Source: an uncultured Actinomycetota bacterium
Lineage (GTDB): Bacteria; Actinomycetota; Actinomycetes; JAHEKZ01
Length of the DNA stretch: 64,000 nt
Assembly (NCBI GenBank): GCA_963718235.1
Contig: CAVQYR010000002.1
Coordinates: forward strand, 576,001 to 640,000
Reading direction: 5' to 3'
The first letter of the stretch is position 1; every line of letters begins with the position of its first letter. Position numbers and translations under genes: made by a program. Positions 9,681 to 19,352 of this stretch are shown in pieces. A model generated the notes under the pieces. It saw nothing but the letters and a program-made list of their open reading frames with translations. It was not told where the DNA came from and ran no database searches.

Positions 9681-11531
9681 CTACTCCACGTCTGCGTCGT
9701 TGGACCGGCGCGACCGGGTACCCAGCCACACGACCACGCCGACCAGCAGGGCTGCCGCGGCTGCCCCACCCACGATCAGGCCGATGTTCGTGGCGTTTCC
9801 GGAGCTGGCGCCCTCTTCGGTGACCGGGGTGATGTTGCGGTAGGAGAAGGTGCCGTACTGGAACAGGATCGCCCCGTCGGGGTCCGGCTGCGGGACGAAG
9901 CCGGTGAACCGGTCGGTGCGGTAGGCCTGCAGGTAGTCGTAGTACTGGGTCACGATGTAGGCGTTCGCGTCGTAGACCATCTGCTGCATCTTCTTGACGA
10001 TCTCGGTGCGAGCCTCGGGGTCGATCTCGGTTGCCTGCTGCTCGTACAGCTCGTCGTACTGCTTGTTGCAGTAGAAGCTGTCGTTGAGCCCGGCGTAGAC
10101 GACGCCGTCGGTCCACTCGTAGTTGCGCTGCCCGCAGGTGAAGGTCGACAGCTGGTAGTCGGGGTCGGGCTCGACCACCCAGCCCCACTCGTACATGTCG
10201 AAGGTTCCCTCACCGGCGATCTCGTACAGCCGGCTCTCCGACACGGTGTCGACGTCGGAGTCGATCCCGATGTCCTTCAGCCACCCCTGCAGGAACTGGA
10301 TGGTGGTCTTGGAGGTCTCGGAGTTCGACCGCGCGTACAGCTGGTAGACGAGCGGGTCGGAGCCGTCGGGCATCGTGCGGATCCCGTCGGGGCCCTTGGT
10401 GTAGCCGGCGTCGTCGAGGATCTGGTTGGCCCTCGCCGGGTCGTAGGTGACCGGCTCGGACGGCTCGTAGTGATCCGGGTACAGCGGGGGGATGACGGAG
10501 GTTCCCGGTGCCCCTCGCCCGTCGAGGGTTCGTTGGACCAGGGCGTCCTTGTCGACGGCGTAGTGGATCGCCAGCCGCACCTGCGGGTCCTTCAGCGAGG
10601 GGTGGCCGTCGCCGATCGGGGTGCCGTCGGTCAGGGCAGCCCCACCGTTCATGGTCAGGTAGTTGAAGCCGTAGTACACCGACTCGCGGGCCTCGATGTT
10701 GTCGGCGCCCTCCAGGGAGGCGAACACGTTGGGCTCGAGGTCGTCGGCGAAGTCGATCTCGCCGTTCTTGAGTGCCTGCACCATCGCGTCGGCGTTGCGG
10801 TAGAGGCGGAACTCCACGCCGTCGATGTTTGCCGGACCGCCCCAGTAGCCGTCGTTGCGGGTGAAGGTCCAGTACTGCCCCTCGCTCGCCTCGGACAGCA
10901 CGAACGGTCCGCTGCCCACCCCGCCTTGCGGGTCGGAGCCCGGCTCGTTGGTGTACTTGCGGATCTCGTCGTCGTCGATCTGCTTCCAGATGTGCTCGGG
11001 CACGATCGGGACGGCCAGTCGCTCCATGATCGGCGTGGGCTTCTTCAGCGTCATGACCACCGTGGAGTCGTCGGTGGCCTCGACGGTCTTGATCTGGGCG
11101 ACGTAGCTGCCGTAGTTGGTCTTCTCGATCTTTCCGTCGAGCACCCGGTTGAAGCTGTAGGCGACGTCGTCAGCAGTCAGCGGCTCCCCATCGCTGAAGG
11201 TCACTCCCTGTCGGATCTGGTAGGTCCAGGTCAGACCGTCGGCCGAGTTCTCCCACGACTCGGCCAGCCGTGGCTCGGGTGCGAAGTCGGTGGCGCTGTA
11301 GCCAGTGAGGGTGTCGTACATCAACCCCCACATCTCGTAGGCGGCCGCCGTGATGCCCTTGTAGGGGTTCAGCGAGTCGACGTCCTGGAGCACCCCGACC
11401 CTGAACACCGTGTCCCCCGAGCTGGGCGTCGCGCTGGGGGACGGCGTGTCCTCGGCGGCGGCGATGCCGACCGGCAGCCCCAGGGCCACCATCAGGGCCA
11501 GCGTGCCGGCGGTAAGTCGTGACTTCACCAT
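9681..11531 (-). CDS. Family 5 (peptide) ABC substrate-binding protein with C-terminal membrane anchor
   Basis: Signal peptide MVKSRL...IAAA|EDT; PRLAESW...DGLTWTY, FSDGEPLTADDVAYSF, GSGPF; C-terminal hydrophobic helix followed by RSRR. Confidence 0.92.
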   Translation of the reverse strand: MVKSRLTAGTLALMVALGLPVGIAAAEDTPSPSATPSSGDTVFRVGVLQDVDSLNPYKGITAAAYEMWGLMYDTLTGYSATDFAPEPRLAESWENSADGLTWTYQIRQGVTFSDGEPLTADDVAYSFNRVLDGKIEKTNYGSYVAQIKTVEATDDSTVVMTLKKPTPIMERLAVPIVPEHIWKQIDDDEIRKYTNEPGSDPQGGVGSGPFVLSEASEGQYWTFTRNDGYWGGPANIDGVEFRLYRNADAMVQALKNGEIDFADDLEPNVFASLEGADNIEARESVYYGFNYLTMNGGAALTDGTPIGDGHPSLKDPQVRLAIHYAVDKDALVQRTLDGRGAPGTSVIPPLYPDHYEPSEPVTYDPARANQILDDAGYTKGPDGIRTMPDGSDPLVYQLYARSNSETSKTTIQFLQGWLKDIGIDSDVDTVSESRLYEIAGEGTFDMYEWGWVVEPDPDYQLSTFTCGQRNYEWTDGVVYAGLNDSFYCNKQYDELYEQQATEIDPEARTEIVKKMQQMVYDANAYIVTQYYDYLQAYRTDRFTGFVPQPDPDGAILFQYGTFSYRNITPVTEEGASSGNATNIGLIVGGAAAAALLVGVVVWLGTRSRRSNDADVE

Positions 11532-11713
11532 CTGTGTGTCGCTCCCGATCAGGTCTACGGGCCAGGGTTGCCGAACTTCTGCCGCCGTGCACGTCAGCCA
11601 CCGCGGCGTCCGGTATGGACAGTCTGGGGGTGGACGCGCGGCCTGTGAGCAGCAACCTAGTGAGGTCCTGTGTCGCAGTTCAGGGATTGGTGCCAATCCG
11701 TTACCGTCGCCGC

Positions 11714-13811
11714 ATGGTCACCACCCCCTCGAGCCCCCCGCCGCGCGCACCGCGGCATCCGCACGTCCACCGGGCCCACGGGCTTGAGCGCGACGACCCG
11801 TATGCGTGGCTTCGGGACAAGACGTCGTCGGAGTCGCTGGCCTTCCTGGAGCAGGAGCGGGCGTACTACGACGAGGCGGTCCGCCCGCTGGTCCCGCTGC
11901 GCGACCGCCTGCTGGCCGAGATGACCGCTCGCGTGGCTCCCGACGACGAGTCGGCACGTTGGCGTGAGGGCGGGTTCTGGTACTTCACGAGCACCGTCCC
12001 GGGGATGGAGTACCGGCAGCTGCGTCGCACGCCGGCCGACGACCCACACGGGGACGGGGTCGTCCTGCTCGACGAGAACGCGCTGGCCGCGGGGCACGAC
12101 TTCGTCGAGCTGGGCGTCCGACTCGTCAGTCCGGACGGGCGGCTCCTGGCGTACTCCTTCGACCACGACGGGGACGAGGTCTACGACCTGCGCTTCCGTG
12201 ACCTGGGGACCGGCGAGGACCTCCCCGACCTGGTGACCCACACGTACTACACCGGTGCCTGGAGCGCCGACGCCACGGACTTCTTCTACACCGTCAACGA
12301 TGCCCTGTACCGCCCCTACCAGGTCTGGCGGCACTCGCTCGGCACGCCGTCGACGAGCGACGTCCTGGTGTTCGAGGAGCCCGACGAGCAGTTCGAGGTC
12401 ACCGTCGAGGCGACCCGGTCCGGTGAGTGGGTCGTGGTGACCTCGATGAGCCGCAACACCAGCGAGGTGTGGCTGGTCAACGCCTCCTCGCCCGCGACGG
12501 CCCCACGAGTGGTCGAGCCCCGTCGCCGGGGCGTGGAGTACTCGGTGGCACACGTACCAGGCGGGGCGCCCGGTGGGGACCTCCTCATCACGACCAACGA
12601 CGACGCGGTCGAGTTCCGGCTGATGAGGGCGCCGGCGACCGACCCTGGGCGTGGCCACTGGCGCGAGATCGTCGCGGAGCGGGCCGACGAGCGGATCCAC
12701 GGTGTCGACGTGTTCGCCCACCACGCCGTGCTGAGCCTGGTCCGCGACGCCCAGCAGGTCCTGCGCATCGTGGAGCTCGCCGAGCTCGACGACGTGCTGC
12801 CGTCCGGCGCGGGGCTCGACATCACCTCGGGCGTGACCGCGGGACTGCTCACGCTGGGCCCCAACGAGGAGGCCGACGTCGACGCGGTCCTGGTCGAGGT
12901 GGAGTCCGACGTCGAGCCGCGGTCGTGGTACTCGGTGTCCTTGGCCACCGGAGAACGCACCCTAGCCAAGCGGGTCGAGGTGCCGACGTACGACCCCAGC
13001 CGCTACCTGGTCGACCGGATCGAGGTCACGGCACGCGACGGGGTGAGCATCCCGGTCACGGTGGTGCGGCGTGACGACACCCCGCTCGACGGTTCGGCGC
13101 CGGCCCTGCTGTACGGGTACGGGGCGTACGAGAGTGCGTGGTGGCCGGGCTTCGAGCCGGCGCTGGCCAGTCTGCTGGATGCCGGCATGGTGTACGTCCA
13201 CGCCCACATCCGCGGTGGTGGTGAACGGGGCCGACGCTGGTGGCTCGAAGGCTGCCTGTCGGCCAAGGTGCACACCTTCGACGACTTCGTCGACGTCGCG
13301 GACGCCCTGGACGCCGACGGGATCGTCGACGGCACCCGGATCGTCTCCCGCGGGCTCAGCGCCGGGGGGCTCCTCCAGGGCGCGGTCTTCTCGACGCGTC
13401 CGGACCGTTGGCGGGCCGGTGGTCGCCGAGGTTCCCTTCGTCGACGTCGTCACCACCATGTTCGACGCCGACCTCCCCCTGACCGCCGCTGAGTGGGACG
13501 AGTGGGGCGATCCTCGCAAGCCGGAGGAGTTCGCCTGGCTCATGGCGTACTCGCCGTACGACAACGTCCCCGAGGGGGACCGTCCGGCACTGCTGGTGAC
13601 CGGCGCCCTGAACGACCCGCGGGTGTCGGTGCACGAGCCGGCCAAGTGGGTGGCCAAGCTGCGGGCGACCGACGACGGCACCAACGGCCTGCTGCTGTTC
13701 CGGGTCGAGACCGGCGAGGGTGGGCACACCGGGCCCCAGGGTCGCTACGCTGCGTTGGCCTACGAGGCCGAGGTGGCTGCCTACATCCTCGACGCGGTGG
13801 GGCTCGGGTAG
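11714..13811 (+). pseudogene. ptrB: S9A oligopeptidase B / protease II with an apparent +1 frameshift near 13418 (may be a sequencing error)
   Basis: DDPYAWLRD, LLYGYGAYE, HIRGGGE and GLSAGG (Ser) lie in one frame; VAEVPFVDV, DPRV (Asp) and GGH (His) lie in the next. 'gcc g gtg gtc gcc gag' carries one extra G. Confidence 0.88.
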
Positions 13812-13846
13812 CGCCGCCGGGGACACTCACCCGCTGCCGCAGGTCA

Positions 13847-13896
13847 CTGTGCATGATGACCAGCGCTAGTGGGTGGACTCTGGACGATCTGTACAG
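13847..13896. promoter_or_regulatory. Pair of imperfect 17-bp dyads upstream of phhA (putative Lrp/AsnC-type operator)
   Basis: ctgtgcatgatgaccag (13847-13863) and ctggacgatctgtacag (13880-13896), 33 bp apart; regulator identity is inferred. Confidence 0.35.
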
Positions 13897-13955
13897 CCTG
13901 CGCGCCGAGTCACTCGTGTCTTGCCTCAGCCCGCCGTCAGTGCTGCCCTTCCCCC

Positions 13956-14876
13956 ATGTTCGAAGAGGGCCAGCTGTACGCGCCGGTCACCGTGGGGGAC
14001 GACGGCGTCACCGTCCACCTGGCCGACGACCACCCGGGGTTCAGCGACGTCACCTACCGGCAGCGACGCAACGCGATCGCCTCGGCGGCGCTGGACTGGC
14101 AGCCGGGTGAGCCGGCGCCGACGATCGCCTACACCGACGAGGAGCACCGCGTCTGGGCCCTCGTCGCCGCCGAGCTGGCGGCCAAGCACCAAAGGCTCGC
14201 GCCCGACGAGGTCGTCGAGGCCGGTCTGAGGCTCGGGCTCCCGGTCGACCACGTGCCTCAGCTCACCGAGGTCACCGCACTGCTGTCGGCGCACAGCGGC
14301 TTCCGGTACCAGCCCGCGGCCGGGCTGGTCCCCCTGCGGGAGTTCTACGGCTCGCTGTCCGACCGGGTCTTCTGGTCCACCCAGTACCTGCGCCACCCGT
14401 CGCAGCCGCTCTACACCCCTGAGCCCGATGTCGTGCACGAGGTGATCGGGCACGCGACCACGCTCGCCAGCCCCCGGCTCGCCGCCCTGTACGTCGCGGC
14501 GGGGCAGGCCGCGCGTCGGGTCGAGTCGCCGGCGGCACTGGAGTTCGTCAGCAAGGTCTTCTGGTTCAGCCTGGAGTTCGGCGTGCTGCGCGAGCACGGT
14601 GCGCCCAAGGCGTACGGCGCGGGCCTTCTGTCCAGCTACGGCGAGATCGAGGAGTTCGTGACGGCCGACCTGCGCCCGCTCGACATCGCCGCGATGGGCG
14701 TGCAGACCTACGACATCACCCACTACCAGCCGCTGCTTTTCTGCGGTGACTCCCTCGACCACGTCGAGGACGTCGTGGGTGGCTTCTTCACCACGGTCGA
14801 CGACGATCGGGTGGCAGCCCTCACCGGCCAGGTGGCGGGTCCGCTCAGTGGTCCCCTGGCGGCGCGTCGCAGCTGA
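13956..14876 (+). CDS. phhA: Phenylalanine 4-monooxygenase (pterin-dependent aromatic amino acid hydroxylase)
   Basis: DHPGFSD..YRQRR, STQYLRH...YTPEPDVVHEVIGH (Fe-binding His pair), FWFSLEFG (Glu), AYGAGLLSSYGE, YDITHYQP. Confidence 0.93.
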   Translation: MFEEGQLYAPVTVGDDGVTVHLADDHPGFSDVTYRQRRNAIASAALDWQPGEPAPTIAYTDEEHRVWALVAAELAAKHQRLAPDEVVEAGLRLGLPVDHVPQLTEVTALLSAHSGFRYQPAAGLVPLREFYGSLSDRVFWSTQYLRHPSQPLYTPEPDVVHEVIGHATTLASPRLAALYVAAGQAARRVESPAALEFVSKVFWFSLEFGVLREHGAPKAYGAGLLSSYGEIEEFVTADLRPLDIAAMGVQTYDITHYQPLLFCGDSLDHVEDVVGGFFTTVDDDRVAALTGQVAGPLSGPLAARRS

Positions 14877-14919
14877 TGCGGCAGACTCGCCGTGAGCGCA
14901 CGCCCACGGAGGAACTGCC

Positions 14920-16383
14920 ATGAGTGACCAGCCCCGCGTCCACCTGCCGACCGACGAGGTCGTCGCCGTCCCGCTCGCCGGAGCGGCGTTCGTCGGATCG
15001 AGCGCGAGCGAGGTGCGCTCGCCGTTCGACGGGTCGCTGCTCGGCCGGGTCCCGGTCGGGTCCGACGGCGATGTCGACCGGGCCGTGGCCGCTGCCCGCA
15101 CGGCGCTGAGCGAGGAGCCCCTGGCGCCCTGGCAGCGTGCGGCCGTCCTCGACAAGGCGGCCGAGCTCCTGCGCGAGCGCAAGGAGTACTTCGCCCAGAT
15201 CATCGCCCGCGAGGCCGCGAAGCCGATCAGGACCGCGCGCGTGGAGGCCGAGCGGGCCGCCGGCACCTTCACGTTCGCAGCCGTCGAGGCGCGCACCCTG
15301 GTCGGGGAGGTCGTCCCCCTGGAGGCGGCCCCCGGAGCAGACGGCAAGCTCGCCTTCACCCTGCGGGTGCCGATCGGGGTCGTCGGCGCGATCAGCCCGT
15401 TCAACTTCCCGCTCAACCTGGTGGCCCACAAGCTCGCGCCGGCCATCGCCGCCGGTGACCCGGTCGTCCTCAAGCCAGCCGGACAGACGCCGTTCAGTGC
15501 GATCGCCCTGGCCTGGATGCTGATCGAGGAGTGCGGACTCCCGGCGTCCTACCTGTCGGTCATCACCGGCCCCGGTTCGGTCGTGGGCAACGCCATCGTC
15601 GACCACCCCGACATCGCGCTGATCACCTTCACCGGCTCGCCGGAGGTCGGCTGGGGGATCAAGTCACGCGCTCCGCGCAAGCACGTCGGACTCGAGCTCG
15701 GCAACAACGCCCCCGTCGTGATCGCTGAGGACGGCGACTGGAAGAAGGCGGCCGACAAGATCAAGATCGCCGGCTTCTCCCACGCCGGGCAGTCGTGCAT
15801 CTCCACCCAGCGGGTCCTGGTGCACCGCAGTGTCGCGACGCAGTTCACCGACTACCTCGGTGGACTGGTCGGGTCGCTGGTGGTCGGTGACCCGATGGAC
15901 GAGGCGACCGACGTCTCGGCGCTGATCTCCCAGAACGAGCGGGACCGGGTCAAGGGCTGGGTCGACGACGCGGTGCAGCAGGGGGGGCGGATCGTCGCGG
16001 GCGGCACCATCGACGACCACGGGGTCCTGGTTCCCACGGTCATCGCGGACGCCAAGCCGGACATGCTCGTGTGCCTGAAGGAGGTCTTCGGCCCGGTCGT
16101 GACGATCCAGGCGATCGACTCCTTCCAGGAGGGCCTGGAGCTCGCCAACGACACGGCCTACGGGCTGCAGGCCGCGGTGTTCACCCGTGACGTGTCGACC
16201 GCCTTCGAGGCGGTGCGCACGCTCGACTTCGGCGGGGTCCTGGTCAACGAGGTCCCGACCTGGCGGGCCGACCAGATGCCCTACGGCGGCATCCGTGACT
16301 CGGGCAACACCCGTGAGGGTCCGGCCTACTCGATCCGGGAGATGACCGAGACCAGGCTGGTCATCATCGACACCACCGCGTAG
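14920..16383 (+). CDS. Aldehyde dehydrogenase family protein
   Basis: PFNFP, LKPA, FTGS, LELG, GQSCIS (catalytic Cys), EVFGP; GGAGG RBS. Confidence 0.95.
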   Translation: MSDQPRVHLPTDEVVAVPLAGAAFVGSSASEVRSPFDGSLLGRVPVGSDGDVDRAVAAARTALSEEPLAPWQRAAVLDKAAELLRERKEYFAQIIAREAAKPIRTARVEAERAAGTFTFAAVEARTLVGEVVPLEAAPGADGKLAFTLRVPIGVVGAISPFNFPLNLVAHKLAPAIAAGDPVVLKPAGQTPFSAIALAWMLIEECGLPASYLSVITGPGSVVGNAIVDHPDIALITFTGSPEVGWGIKSRAPRKHVGLELGNNAPVVIAEDGDWKKAADKIKIAGFSHAGQSCISTQRVLVHRSVATQFTDYLGGLVGSLVVGDPMDEATDVSALISQNERDRVKGWVDDAVQQGGRIVAGGTIDDHGVLVPTVIADAKPDMLVCLKEVFGPVVTIQAIDSFQEGLELANDTAYGLQAAVFTRDVSTAFEAVRTLDFGGVLVNEVPTWRADQMPYGGIRDSGNTREGPAYSIREMTETRLVIIDTTA

Positions 16384-16405
16384 CTCGACCGGCGGCCTCG
16401 TCCGG

Positions 16406-17641
16406 TCAGCTCGCGGGCACCGATGTGGTCAGGAAGTCCCTCAGGGCCGCGTCGTAGCGGGACGGGTCGATGTTCCACGAGGCGACGTGGTCCGCGCCCT
16501 CGGTCAGGACCAGGGTCACCAGCTCCGGTTCGGCCCCGGCAAGCTGCTCGCTCGTGGTCGGCGGGACCGTGCCGTCATCGGCGCCCTGGAACACCAGCGT
16601 GGGCTGGGTCACCCATGAGGTGTCGTCGAGGTAGTCGGCGTCGTACCAGTCGGTCCCGAAGCGAAGCCGCGAGATCTGCAGCGCGCTCCAGGTGAGCGCG
16701 TCGGGGATCGGCAGGCCGACGACGGGCAGGCTGCGCTGGTCCGCACCGTGGTACACCGTCTGCTTGACGTCGAGCATCGGAGAGTCCAGGACCACTGCCG
16801 CCACGTTGACGGCCAGCGGGCTGTTCTCCAGGAATGCGGCCGTGAGGGCGCCACCCAGGCTGTAGCCGAAGAGGACGACATCAGAGGCGCCCTGGTCGAG
16901 GGCGTACTGGACGGAGGCCTCGAGGTCACGCCACTCGGTGACTCCGTAGGCGTACTGCTCGCCGTCGGACGTGAACACGCCGGTGTCGTTGCGGTAGGTG
17001 ACGAGCAGGGCGTCCATGCCGTTGTGCGTGACGGTGATCAGTGACCGCAGCGGCTCGGCCCGAGTGCCGCCCTTGCCGTGCACCATGACCGCCCAGGTGT
17101 CGCCGGCGGAGCCCCCGCCGTGGGCCAGCGCGGGGACCTCCCAGGCCGGCAGGGGGCCGTCCGGGGCCTCGACCACGACGTCGCGGTAGCTGAGTCCGAT
17201 GTCCTTGGGGGTCTCCCAGACCTCGCGGTAGAGGTCGGCCGCACCTTCGACACTGGAGCTGGTTGCTGTCGGCACGGGCGTGGCGTCGGCGTTCCAGAAC
17301 TGCTCGCCGTCGTTGGCTGCGACCTGGCGGACGACCCACTCGTCACCGACCTGCACGACCGCGGTGACGACGATCCGCTCACCCTTCGGGCTGCGTGCCC
17401 CGTAGACGGCGTCTGTGGTGAGGACCTCCGGCAACGGGTCGGACGCGGTGCCCTCGATCCGGACGTTGCCCTGCCCGACCGGGTTCACCTGCAGCTCGTA
17501 GGTGGTGGCTCTGTCGCTCGCATCGAGCAGGTCACGGTCGATCTGCCCGGAGAAGTACCAACCGCCCCCGACGAAGAACACGACGGCAAGGACGAGCGCG
17601 ACCGTCAGGATGGTCCACAGCAGGCGCCGGAAGAGCTTCAC
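16406..17641 (-). CDS. Membrane-anchored alpha/beta hydrolase
   Basis: N-terminal TM helix, VHGKGG, GYSLG nucleophile elbow, DGTVP, ADH. Confidence 0.85.
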   Translation of the reverse strand: MKLFRRLLWTILTVALVLAVVFFVGGGWYFSGQIDRDLLDASDRATTYELQVNPVGQGNVRIEGTASDPLPEVLTTDAVYGARSPKGERIVVTAVVQVGDEWVVRQVAANDGEQFWNADATPVPTATSSSVEGAADLYREVWETPKDIGLSYRDVVVEAPDGPLPAWEVPALAHGGGSAGDTWAVMVHGKGGTRAEPLRSLITVTHNGMDALLVTYRNDTGVFTSDGEQYAYGVTEWRDLEASVQYALDQGASDVVLFGYSLGGALTAAFLENSPLAVNVAAVVLDSPMLDVKQTVYHGADQRSLPVVGLPIPDALTWSALQISRLRFGTDWYDADYLDDTSWVTQPTLVFQGADDGTVPPTTSEQLAGAEPELVTLVLTEGADHVASWNIDPSRYDAALRDFLTTSVPAS

Positions 17642-17682
17642 GCCTTCATCTCATCGAAGGCCGAAGCATCGCGGTAGGGCCG

Positions 17683-18564
17683 CTAGTCCACTGGCACGCC
17701 GATCCGCTGGTAGGCGAGCGTGACCGCCATCGAGCGGGGTCCCAGGACAGCCTGCAGCGCGCGTAGCATCGTCGTGCATGCGGCGGCATCCGCGGCCCGC
17801 ACCACCGATGGTCGGTCCGACATCCCCAGGAGCCGGGGTGCCCACGGCGGCAGCAGGTCGGACGCCGCCCGGGCCAGCACGACGTAGCCGGGCATCGCGG
17901 GGGCCGGGAGCGCCGGGTGGGGCCACTGCAGGAACCGGGCCACCTCGCGGGCCTGCGGGCCGCCGGCGACCTCGCCGCGGAAACCGTCCAGGGCCTCCTT
18001 GAGCGCGGCTTCGCTGCGCGGCGGGTCGAGGACCCCCACGGCCCGCCCGGTCACCGCCATCTCGGCCACGTAGGCATCGGCGTCGATGGCGCGCCGGTGG
18101 TAGCGCTGCGCTGCGACGAGCATCGAGTCGGTGAGAGCCAGGTGGACCCATAGCAGGAGCCGCGGGTCGGTCGCCGCGTAGGGCCGGCCGTCGGGCGCGG
18201 TTCCCACGACCCGCTGGTGAACCTGCCGGACTGCCGCAGTGACCGCCTCCGCCTGGCCGGTCGACCCGAACGTGGTCGTCGTGACGAACTGGTTGGTGCG
18301 CTGCAACCGCCCCAGCGGGTCAGTGCGGTACGACGAGTGCTGCTCGACCCCGGCCAGAGCCAGCGGGTGACAGGTCTGCAGCATCAACGCGCGAACGCCG
18401 CCGACCAGGGTCGCCAACGAGCTGTGCACCTCCCAGACCGCGCTGCCGGGACCGAACCATCCCTCGTCACCGGGTTGGCCGAGGGCCCGGACCCACGGGG
18501 GCTGGCCCTCCTCGTCGCCGGAGAGGATCCGTCGGAAGGTGCGGCGGACCGCCTCGGTGGTCAT
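17683..18564 (-). CDS. Oxygenase MpaB / DUF2236 family protein
   Basis: GWFGPGSAVWEVH, ALMLQTCHPLALAGV..HS, RLQRT, H..V.G..PDGRPY.A.DP.LLLWVH. Confidence 0.88.
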   Translation of the reverse strand: MTTEAVRRTFRRILSGDEEGQPPWVRALGQPGDEGWFGPGSAVWEVHSSLATLVGGVRALMLQTCHPLALAGVEQHSSYRTDPLGRLQRTNQFVTTTTFGSTGQAEAVTAAVRQVHQRVVGTAPDGRPYAATDPRLLLWVHLALTDSMLVAAQRYHRRAIDADAYVAEMAVTGRAVGVLDPPRSEAALKEALDGFRGEVAGGPQAREVARFLQWPHPALPAPAMPGYVVLARAASDLLPPWAPRLLGMSDRPSVVRAADAAACTTMLRALQAVLGPRSMAVTLAYQRIGVPVD

Positions 18565-18620
18565 CGCACCATCTTCTCCCGGTGGTCGGGTGCGCGCTCG
18601 GCGACGGATACGGTCGGCAG

Positions 18621-19352
18621 GTGTCCGGACGTGAGGGGTCGCCGCCGCTGCCGGGGTGGGCGGCCTGGACGCTCGTCCTGGTCGTGGCACTGGTCGCCAA
18701 CCTGATGAACAACGAGGGCGCCCCTCAGCTGTACCTGGTCACGAGCGTGGTCGCGACCGCTGCACTGGTCTCGATCGCCCGGGCCACCGGACTGTCGTGG
18801 CGTGACCTCGGGCTCGCCCGTGACACCTGGCGGGTGGGGCTGGTCTGGGCGGCCGCGGTGATCGCCTTCGTCGCCACGGTGTACGCGGTCGGTGCCCTGC
18901 TCCCGCTCACCCGCGGGCTCTTCGAGGACGACCGGGTCCAGGTGGACAGCGGGTGGGAGCTCGTGTGGCAGTCGTTCGTCCGGATCCCGTTCGGGACCGT
19001 GATGCTCGAGGAGGTGCTCTTCCGCGGGGTGATCCTCGCGCTGGCCGCCCGCACGATGGGATGGCTGCGGGCCTCGCTGCTGTCCAGCCTGCTGTTCGGT
19101 CTCTGGCACATCCTCCCGGCCCAGGCGGCGGCCGGCGCGAACCCCACGGTGGAGGCCGTCGCCGAGGTCGGGAGCTCGACGTTCGGCTTGGTGCTCGCCG
19201 TCGGCGGCTCGGTGCTCGGGACCGCTCTGGCCGGCCTGGTGTTCTGCTGGCTGCGGGTGCGGTCGGGCAGCCTGTTCGCGTCGATGGGACTGCACTGGGC
19301 CACCAACGGGCTGGGCTACCTGATGGCGACGCTGGTCCGCGGCGGGTGGTGA
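18621..19352 (+). CDS. CPBP (CAAX/Abi) family intramembrane metalloprotease
   Basis: EEVLFRG, FGLWH and H..TN motifs; multiple TM helices; TACGGT 6 nt before GTG 18621. Confidence 0.9.
   Translation: MSGREGSPPLPGWAAWTLVLVVALVANLMNNEGAPQLYLVTSVVATAALVSIARATGLSWRDLGLARDTWRVGLVWAAAVIAFVATVYAVGALLPLTRGLFEDDRVQVDSGWELVWQSFVRIPFGTVMLEEVLFRGVILALAARTMGWLRASLLSSLLFGLWHILPAQAAAGANPTVEAVAEVGSSTFGLVLAVGGSVLGTALAGLVFCWLRVRSGSLFASMGLHWATNGLGYLMATLVRGGW

Noticed and set aside
8592-11522. 976-aa plus-strand ORF
   Set aside because: Antisense shadow of the ABC permease and binding-protein genes; Arg/Gly-rich with no motifs, as expected in high-GC DNA.
13400-13430. Programmed ribosomal frameshift in ptrB
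   Set aside because: No slippery heptamer, and similar single-base insertions occur in unrelated genes of the window.
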